Shown here in pieces: positions 7,373 to 16,050 of a DNA stretch of 16,050 bases. Under the pieces are notes generated by a model. That model had not been told where the DNA came from. It worked only from the letters and a program-made list of their open reading frames with translations, and did no database searches. Every line of letters starts with the position of its first letter. Position 1 is the stretch's first letter. The position numbers were made by a program, and so were the translations under genes. Origin of the DNA: Sulfurimonadaceae bacterium (lineage in GTDB: Bacteria; Campylobacterota; Campylobacteria; Campylobacterales; Sulfurimonadaceae); assembly GCA_041571435.1 (NCBI GenBank), contig JBFFUI010000044.1, positions 1 through 16,050 on the forward strand, given 5' to 3'.

Positions 7373-7452
7373 CGGGTACTGGTGGCGTCCAACGGGCGTA
7401 TTTACGAGGCCATCGTCGAGAAGCTGCGCTAGATCTTCGACTCAACAGCGGT
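7370..7452 (+). repeat. Direct repeat copy 2: suhB 3' remnant
   Basis: Encodes DRVLVASNGRIYEAIVEKLR* versus suhB DRIVVASNGRIHEAIVEKLR*; offset 1942 nt. Confidence 0.95.
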
Positions 7453-7466
7453 TTACTCGGCTTGTC

Positions 7467-10163
7467 TCAAAACGCTTTTTTCAGTATTCGGATACGCAGC
7501 TGTTTTTCGACCTCAATGATAAAAAACATCGTGACGCCGATACCAAGCATCAACATAGTGTCAAACAGTCCGACCCCTTCAGTCTCAAAAACGCTTTGGA
7601 GCCATGGCACATAGGTAATGGCAATCTGTCCGATGATAACGACGATGATAGATATCCAGACAGCACGGGTGGCACGTACGGCTTTGCCGCTCAAGGCACT
7701 CCCGTACATATTGCGGATGAAGAGGAGATGGAATATTTCCAGCACGACCAGCGTGTTCACGGCTAGCGTTCGGGCAAGGCTTTCGGAATAGCCGCTTGAG
7801 ACAGCATATTCGTAAATGCCGAATATGCCGGCCAGAAACAGACTGGCGACCAACACAATATGCCACATAAGGCCGGCACTCAGCAGTGACTCACTGCGGG
7901 GTCGGGGCGGGCGCTGCATGGTGTTCTCTTCCGTTGGCTCGAAGGCCAGAGCGATGCCGAGTGTCACGGCGGTGATCATGTTCACCCACAAGATCTGGAT
8001 CGGGGTGATGGGCAGGTTCAGTCCGAGCATCAGTGCGAGGATGACCGTCATGGCCTCGCCGGCATTGGTCGGCAGTGTCCAGCTGATGACTTTTTTAATG
8101 TTGTCGTATACGGTTCGGCCTTCGCGCACTGCCGCGACAATCGATGCGAAATTGTCATCGGCCAACACGACCTCCGATGCCTCTTTTGCAGCCTCGCTGC
8201 CGGTTTTTCCCATGGCAATGCCGACCCCCGCGCGCTTAAGCGCGGGGGCATCATTGACGCCGTCACCCGTCATTGCCACCGTCATACCATTGGCCTGCAG
8301 TGCCATCACCAGGCGTAATTTGTGCTCCGGACTTGTGCGTGCAAAGATCCCCGTCTGTCTGACGACGGATTCGAGTGCGGCGTCGTCGAGCTCATTGAGC
8401 TCTGCACCGGTCAACAGGGCGTCGTTATTCCGCAGCCCCAGCTGTTTGGCGATAGCGACGGCCGTGACGGCATGGTCACCGGTGATCATTTTGACGTCAA
8501 TACCGGCACGGTGACACTCGGCGATGGCCTCAATGGCTTCAGGCCGCGGCGGATCGATCAGACCGGCCAGCCCCAGAAATATCAGCGAGTCGTCAATATC
8601 GGCATGTTCAAGCACGGTATGTTCGGGGCGAACCGGTTTGGTCGCGAAGGCCAGGAGCCGTTGGCCTTGTGCGGCTATTGTATTGACCTGCTCTTGCCAG
8701 TATGCGACATCCAGCGGTTCCGTCCCATTGCTGCCGCTGCGTTGTTCGATACACATGGCGAGCACTGTTTCCGGCGCCCCCTTGACAAAGATGAAGGCAT
8801 TGTTCTCATGGTCATGGTTAAGGGTCGCCATGTATTTGTGTTGCGTATCGAAAGGGATCACATCGGTACGTGTCCATTGGTCTCTTGCCCCGTGACAATC
8901 GATACCGGACTTTCCGGCAAACGCCAGCAGGGCGGCCTCCATGGGGTCGCCCTGAGCGGACCACGTATTCTCCTTTCGTACAAGTTCGGAATCATTGCAG
9001 AGTGCCGCCGTTCGTCCCAGCTCCTGTAATGCAGTATGATCCGAAATAGAGACTCTCTGCTCATTCACTCTTATGTCGCCCGAAGGTTCATAACCGGTTC
9101 CCCCGATATCGAAGCGCACAGATGCTGTGGCTACCGAGGCGACTTTCATCTCATTGCGGGTCAGGGTGCCCGTTTTGTCAGAGCAGATGACGGAGACTGA
9201 ACCGAGTGTTTCGATCGCCGGCAAACGGCGAACGATGGCGTTTCGCCGTGCCATGGCCTGCACACCTACCGCCATTGTTATCGTCAATACGGCAGGCAGT
9301 CCCTCGGGAATGGCGGCAACGGAGAGCCCCACCACAGCCATGAATATCGTGCTGAAATCGTAATGCATAACGAAGTAGCCTAACATCAAGATAAGCGAGG
9401 CAACGGCAAGAATGAAGAGCGTAAGCCACTTGGCCAAGACTGCCATCTGTGCAACCAGGGGTGTGTTAAGTGTCTGTACTTCAGAGAGTAGACCGCTTAT
9501 GCGGCCGATCTCTGTGTCAGCCCCCGTGGCAACCACCACGCCCAAGCCTTGTCCGCTCGCAACCGTCGTCCCGCTGAATCCCATGCAGAAACGGTCACCG
9601 AGCGGTGCTTCTGCAGCGACCTCTTTGGAACGCTTTTCGACAGCCACGGACTCGCCGGTAAGAATCGCTTCCTGGATCTGCAGACCGTGGGTTTCCAGTA
9701 AGCGCAGATCGGCCGGTACCTTGTCACCGGCTTCGAGCAGGACGATATCGCCGGGAACCAACAGTTCGCCCGCTACGGTTTGACGCTTGCCGTCACGTAT
9801 GACAGAGGCACGCAGTGCCAGCATCTGCCGTATGGCATCCATCGCTTTTTCGGCTTTTCCCTCCTGAATAAAACCGATGACGGCATTGATGATGACCACG
9901 GCAACAATGACAGCCGTATCAATAACATGTCCCAGCAGCAGCGTAATGGCGGCGGCTCCAAGGAGGACATAGATAAGGATGTTGTGAAAGTGGGAAATAA
10001 AACGCAGGATTACATTTCTGCGCGGCGGTTCCGGAAGCCTGTTCGGTCCGACATCGGACAGCCTTTGCTCCGCATCGGCTGCACTCAGTCCTGCCGTCGT
10101 TGACTTCAGGGCGGACAATGTCTGCTGCGATGTTTGGTTATGCCAGTCATGAACCCTTTTCAT
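7467..10163 (-). CDS. Cation-transporting P-type ATPase, P2A-like (Ca2+/Na+/other cation)
   Basis: 898 aa; TGES, AAIPEGLP, DKTGTLT, KGAPE, DPPR, MITGD, TGDGVNDAPAL, QILWVN motifs. Confidence 0.95.
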   Translation of the reverse strand: MKRVHDWHNQTSQQTLSALKSTTAGLSAADAEQRLSDVGPNRLPEPPRRNVILRFISHFHNILIYVLLGAAAITLLLGHVIDTAVIVAVVIINAVIGFIQEGKAEKAMDAIRQMLALRASVIRDGKRQTVAGELLVPGDIVLLEAGDKVPADLRLLETHGLQIQEAILTGESVAVEKRSKEVAAEAPLGDRFCMGFSGTTVASGQGLGVVVATGADTEIGRISGLLSEVQTLNTPLVAQMAVLAKWLTLFILAVASLILMLGYFVMHYDFSTIFMAVVGLSVAAIPEGLPAVLTITMAVGVQAMARRNAIVRRLPAIETLGSVSVICSDKTGTLTRNEMKVASVATASVRFDIGGTGYEPSGDIRVNEQRVSISDHTALQELGRTAALCNDSELVRKENTWSAQGDPMEAALLAFAGKSGIDCHGARDQWTRTDVIPFDTQHKYMATLNHDHENNAFIFVKGAPETVLAMCIEQRSGSNGTEPLDVAYWQEQVNTIAAQGQRLLAFATKPVRPEHTVLEHADIDDSLIFLGLAGLIDPPRPEAIEAIAECHRAGIDVKMITGDHAVTAVAIAKQLGLRNNDALLTGAELNELDDAALESVVRQTGIFARTSPEHKLRLVMALQANGMTVAMTGDGVNDAPALKRAGVGIAMGKTGSEAAKEASEVVLADDNFASIVAAVREGRTVYDNIKKVISWTLPTNAGEAMTVILALMLGLNLPITPIQILWVNMITAVTLGIALAFEPTEENTMQRPPRPRSESLLSAGLMWHIVLVASLFLAGIFGIYEYAVSSGYSESLARTLAVNTLVVLEIFHLLFIRNMYGSALSGKAVRATRAVWISIIVVIIGQIAITYVPWLQSVFETEGVGLFDTMLMLGIGVTMFFIIEVEKQLRIRILKKAF

Positions 10164-10348
10164 TACTTTCCTTGTTCGACATGATAGAGGATGCGTTTCG
10201 GACTCTGCTGTGACGCCATCCTTGTTTTATGTACCGGGCTTTAATCAGCGTTGGGAAACCCGTCACAATGTCAGGGATCTATTGCTTCGTATCATCCGAT
10301 CTACAGTTCAACATACGCCTCAAAGCAGTCTGATACGAGATGCCTGTA

Positions 10349-12694
<2,346 letters not shown>

Positions 12695-12702
12695 TCAGCG
12701 TT

Positions 12703-14832
12703 TTAGAGCAGTTTCAGGCGTTTGAGTCTCAGGGCATTGGCGATGACGGAGACGGAGCTGAAGCTCATCGCGGCAGCGGCGATCATCGGTGAGAGGAGTA
12801 TGCCGAAGAAGGGGTAGAGCAGACCCGCAGCGACAGGGACACCCGCGGAGTTGTAGATGAAGGCGAAAAAGAGGTTCTGTTTGATGTTGCGCATGGTGGC
12901 CCGGCTTAAGCGTCTCGCCCTGACGATACCCCGAAGGTCCCCTTTGACCAGGGTGACACCGGCACTCTCCATCGCAACGTCGGTGCCCGTACCCATGGCG
13001 ATGCCGATGTGGGCCTGCGCCAGAGCAGGGGCATCGTTGATCCCGTCACCAGCCATGGCGACGATATGCCCTTTGGCTTGCAGTTTTTTGATGATCTCGG
13101 CTTTTTGGTCCGGCATCACTTCGGCATAGACGTTGTCGATGGCCAGCGTCCCGGCGATCGCCTGGGCGGTCAGATGGTTGTCCCCTGTCAGCATGACGAT
13201 CTCGATCCCCTGGGCCTGAAGGTCGCGAACGGCCTGTGCGCTGGTCTCTTTGAGCGGATCGGCAACAGCGATCAGACCGGCCGCTTTGGCGTCGATGGCG
13301 ATCAGCATGACGGTGTTGCCCTGAGAGCGCAGGGCCTCTGCCTGCTTCAGCAGCGTATCGGCCTGGATGTTGAGGCTTTTTTCGAGCAGCTTGCGTGTCC
13401 CCACTGCCACCGTATGCCTCTCGACATCACCGGTAATGCCCATACCTGTAACGGACTGGAAGTTAACAGTTTCGGCCAGGGCAATGCCTCTCGCCTGGGC
13501 ACCTTGCACAATCGCCGCCGCCAAAGGGTGCTCGCTTGCACGTTCCAGACTGGCGGCGAGACGCAGCACCTCCTCTTCGCTGAATCCCTCTTCTGCCTGC
13601 ACGGTGATCAGTTTCGGTCTGCCTTCGGTCAGGGTCCCTGTCTTGTCGACGACAAGGGTGTCGACCTTCTCCATTATCTCAAGCGCTTCGGCATTTTTTA
13701 TCAGGACGCCGGCCGTGGCGCCGCGTCCTGTCGCGACCATGATCGAGATCGGCGTCGCAAGTCCAAGCGCGCAGGGACAGGCGATCATAAGGACGGCAAC
13801 CGCATTGACAAGGGCATGGGCCAGCTGCGGTTCGGGGCCTACCGTCCACCAGATGCCAAAGGTTATCAGTGCGATAGCGATGACGGCCGGCACAAAATAG
13901 CCCGAGACGACATCGGCCAGTTTCTGGATCGGTGCGCGGGAACGCTGCGCTTCGGAGACCATTGCGATGATCTGCGAGAGCAGGGTGTCGGCACCGACTT
14001 TTTCCGCCTTCATCAGCAGTGTGCCGGTACCGTTGATCGTCGCGCCGATGATGTGGTCTCCTGCAGACTTCGCTACCGCAAGAGGCTCTCCGGTGATCAT
14101 CGACTCGTCCACGTTGCTTTCGCCTTTGACGACACTGCCGTCTACGGGTATTTTCTCTCCGGGCCGGATACGAAGCAGGTCGCCGGGCTGCACTTCTTCC
14201 AGGGCAATGTCATGTTCCAAGCCTTCCTCTTTTACAAGGTGGGCCGTGTTCGGGGCCAGTTTGAGCAGCAGGGTGATGGCGGCACCGGTCTGGGCACGGG
14301 CCCGCAGTTCAAGGACCTGTCCCAGAAGTACCAGTACCGTGATGACGGCTGCCGCTTCGAAGTAGACCGCGACCAGGCCATCCTCTGTCTGCATGACCGA
14401 GGGGAAGAGCTGCGGCAGCATGAGTGCGACGACGCTGTAACTCCAAGCGACCGAGATACCCAGTGTGATCAGCGTGAACATGTTGAGGTTCATGGTCTTC
14501 AGTGAGTTCCAGCCACGGACGAAAAATGGCCAGCCGCCCCACAGGACGACAGGGGTAGCAAGAAGAAACTCTGTCCACTGCACACTCTTCATGGAGAGTG
14601 TAGCGGGGAGCCATGGTGCCAACATCTCGGTTGCCATGGCCAGGATGAAGACAGGGAGTGTCAGTACGGCACTGATCCAGAAACGGCGGCGCATGTCGGT
14701 AAGCTCTTCGTTTTCAGTATCGGTTTTTACCTGCACCGGTTCAAGGGCCATGCCGCATTTCGGACAGGCACCGGGATGGTCCTGCCTGATCTCGGGGTGC
14801 ATCGGACAGGTGTAGAGTGTTTCGTTTTTCAT
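12703..14832 (-). CDS. copA: Copper-translocating P1B-type ATPase
   Basis: N-terminal YTCPMHPEI...CPKCGM metal-binding domain; [27 protein letters not shown] and M..SS Cu(I)-site motifs. Confidence 0.95.
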   Translation of the reverse strand: MKNETLYTCPMHPEIRQDHPGACPKCGMALEPVQVKTDTENEELTDMRRRFWISAVLTLPVFILAMATEMLAPWLPATLSMKSVQWTEFLLATPVVLWGGWPFFVRGWNSLKTMNLNMFTLITLGISVAWSYSVVALMLPQLFPSVMQTEDGLVAVYFEAAAVITVLVLLGQVLELRARAQTGAAITLLLKLAPNTAHLVKEEGLEHDIALEEVQPGDLLRIRPGEKIPVDGSVVKGESNVDESMITGEPLAVAKSAGDHIIGATINGTGTLLMKAEKVGADTLLSQIIAMVSEAQRSRAPIQKLADVVSGYFVPAVIAIALITFGIWWTVGPEPQLAHALVNAVAVLMIACPCALGLATPISIMVATGRGATAGVLIKNAEALEIMEKVDTLVVDKTGTLTEGRPKLITVQAEEGFSEEEVLRLAASLERASEHPLAAAIVQGAQARGIALAETVNFQSVTGMGITGDVERHTVAVGTRKLLEKSLNIQADTLLKQAEALRSQGNTVMLIAIDAKAAGLIAVADPLKETSAQAVRDLQAQGIEIVMLTGDNHLTAQAIAGTLAIDNVYAEVMPDQKAEIIKKLQAKGHIVAMAGDGINDAPALAQAHIGIAMGTGTDVAMESAGVTLVKGDLRGIVRARRLSRATMRNIKQNLFFAFIYNSAGVPVAAGLLYPFFGILLSPMIAAAAMSFSSVSVIANALRLKRLKLL

Positions 14833-15197
14833 GGTGATACCACCTTTGTCGTGACTTCGAGGATATGACCGTCGGGATCTCCGAAACAGAAGCCTTTGGC
14901 ATCGGAACGACTGTATTCGGACATATTGTTGCGGATCTCTGGCGAGTCGCCGTAGGAAATGCCTCTGACGGTGATATGGCTCAAAATACTGTCGTATTCG
15001 CTGGCTGAAGCGTGAAAGAGGTAGTGCGCCGCTTTGCGCTCCTGCCGCTTCTCAAAGTAGAGTTTGGTCGTCTCATCGACGTATAGGACTTCACGGCTCC
15101 CTTCTGTCTCGCCTTCTCTGAAACCGAAGGCCTCGGCATAGAACTGTGCTGACGCCTTGTTGTCTGAGCAGGGGACGATCTGACGGTCGAGTTTCAT
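14829..15197 (-). CDS. VOC / glyoxalase-bleomycin resistance family protein
   Basis: MKLD...V.C.D...SA.FY...FG, H..F, G..F.DPDGH.LEV pattern; AAGGAG RBS; ATGA overlap with copA. Confidence 0.88.
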   Translation of the reverse strand: MKLDRQIVPCSDNKASAQFYAEAFGFREGETEGSREVLYVDETTKLYFEKRQERKAAHYLFHASASEYDSILSHITVRGISYGDSPEIRNNMSEYSRSDAKGFCFGDPDGHILEVTTKVVSP

Positions 15198-15323
15198 GGT
15201 CTACTCCTTTAAAAGGAAGTGCCTACTCTAAAAAATAGCACCACTCTTCTTAGAAGGTTGTCTGGTCTTGGAACTATGTAAAAAAGTTAAGTGAGTCTAT
15301 TATGCAGATATACCCGACGCACG

Positions 15324-15339
15324 GCGTGCGGCAGCGGGT
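15324..15339 (-). other. Right half of a GC-rich hairpin (15313-15339) downstream of the helicase-like gene
   Basis: Plus strand ACCCG-A-CGCACG-G-CGTGCG-GCAG-CGGGT forms nested inverted repeats just past the stop at 15354. There is no clear U-tract. Confidence 0.3.
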
Positions 15340-15353
15340 CGCTCAAAGGAGGG

Positions 15354-16050
15354 TTATTTAGGGGTGTCGCCTTTTTTGACGGTCGGCATCTTAATGACGC
15401 GAGGGGCCCGTTTGGGTGCCTCTTGGGCACTCTCTTTTTTCGGTTTGTTGCGCCAGTCGCCGCCGCTTCTGTCCGCGTCGGAATGCTTCTTGTCCCATGG
15501 CTTTTTCTCACCTTTGTTGTCCCAAGACTTCTTTTCACCGCGGTTTTTGTCCCATGGTTTCTTCTCACCCTGATCGTCTTTGTTCCAAGGCTTGCTGCCG
15601 TCTTGCTTTTTGGCTCTGTATTTAGGGTTCTGGCGTTTCTCATCTTCGGTTCGCGGCGTGCCGTCATGGCGGTGGTTGCGTTCGCCTGTCTTGCCGGAGA
15701 AGATCGGTTTGCCGTTTTCGTCTTTACCGAGGTATTTGGACTCTTTTTTCTTTTTGGCATCAGCTTTGGCGCGTTTTTCGTTGCGCTCTTCCTGGTTCTT
15801 CTTGTTGTACTCCTGGCGCTCTTTCAGCTCTTTTGACGCTTCACGGTCTTTGACATACGAGGCCGGCTCAAATCCGGCGATGACCTCTTTGGTGAGGGTC
15901 CGTTTCATCACGGTCTCTATCTTGTAGAGCTCCTGCTGCTCTTTGTCGTCGGCAAGAAGCAGGGCGTAGGTCTTGGTCTGGTTGAGGCGTTTGAGGTACT
16001 TCTCCGGACTCTCTGCAAGGTCAAGGCTTATGATCATGTCGCATTTTACC
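15354..16050 (-). CDS. C-terminal part of a DEAD/DEAH-box helicase-like protein with a long basic tail (5' end beyond the window)
   Basis: The frame is open to 16050 (VKCDMIISLDLAESPEKYLKRL). The segment corresponds to D.VINYDLP..PE.Y.HRIG, followed by 'L..IE..MKR.L..E.I.GFEP' as in RhlE-type helicases, then a K/R/D/E-rich tail. Confidence 0.65.
   Translation of the reverse strand, partial: VKCDMIISLDLAESPEKYLKRLNQTKTYALLLADDKEQQELYKIETVMKRTLTKEVIAGFEPASYVKDREASKELKERQEYNKKNQEERNEKRAKADAKKKKESKYLGKDENGKPIFSGKTGERNHRHDGTPRTEDEKRQNPKYRAKKQDGSKPWNKDDQGEKKPWDKNRGEKKSWDNKGEKKPWDKKHSDADRSGGDWRNKPKKESAQEAPKRAPRVIKMPTVKKGDTPK
15490..15599 (-). repeat. Four coding tandem repeats G(E/S)K(K)(P/S)W(D/N)K
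   Basis: Units start (+ strand) at 15490, 15517, 15547 and 15580, with consensus TTGTCCCATGGYTTYTTCTCACC; periods are 27, 30 and 33 nt. Confidence 0.85.

Noticed and set aside
7252-7614. 120-aa ORF from the track
   Set aside because: It runs through the pseudogene and repeat in the wrong frame and overlaps the ATPase 3' end. The informative frame starts at 7280.
10298-10313. GATCT...GTTCAACA resembling the sequence just downstream of suhB (a possible third repeat copy)
   Set aside because: Only an 8-nt plus a 5-nt match with a gap, which is compatible with chance.
13009-14505. 498-aa plus-strand ORF antisense to copA (likewise 11471..12496 over katG, 4750..5463 over suhB, and 7816..8514 and 8322..9029 over the P2 ATPase)
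   Set aside because: These are shadow ORFs expected from GC-rich codon bias. They have no motifs or RBS and fully overlap well-supported genes.
15490-15599. Spaced ~23-nt direct repeats resembling a mini CRISPR array
   Set aside because: The spacers are only 4-10 nt, all periods are multiples of 3, the repeats lie inside a coding frame, and no cas genes are present.

Overview
Bacterial chromosomal window, probably from a high-GC Campylobacterota (Sulfurimonas/Sulfurovum-like; inferred from gene content only). A host-like backbone (methyltransferase 5' end, lipoprotein, thioredoxin-like 2Fe-2S ferredoxin, YkvA/DUF1232, inositol monophosphatase suhB, degenerate DEAD-box helicase C-terminus) is interrupted by accessory blocks. 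(1) An AT-rich stretch (~690-1810) carries two lipoprotein genes bounded by degenerate attC-like sites, resembling an integron cassette array with no integrase in the window. (2) A block of TPR protein plus DUF2391 is bracketed by a diverged direct duplication of the ferredoxin-3'/ykvA-3' junction. (3) A block of TIGR00341, GlsB-like and DUF3185 genes plus an acpH-like remnant is bracketed by a 60/63-nt direct repeat of the suhB 3' end. (4) A minus-strand stress cluster encodes a P2-type cation ATPase, KatG, CopA and a VOC protein. The most notable signal is the repeated, integrase-less insertion of ~1.9 kb modules that duplicate 3' ends of protein-coding genes. All alignments were made by eye and no databases were searched.
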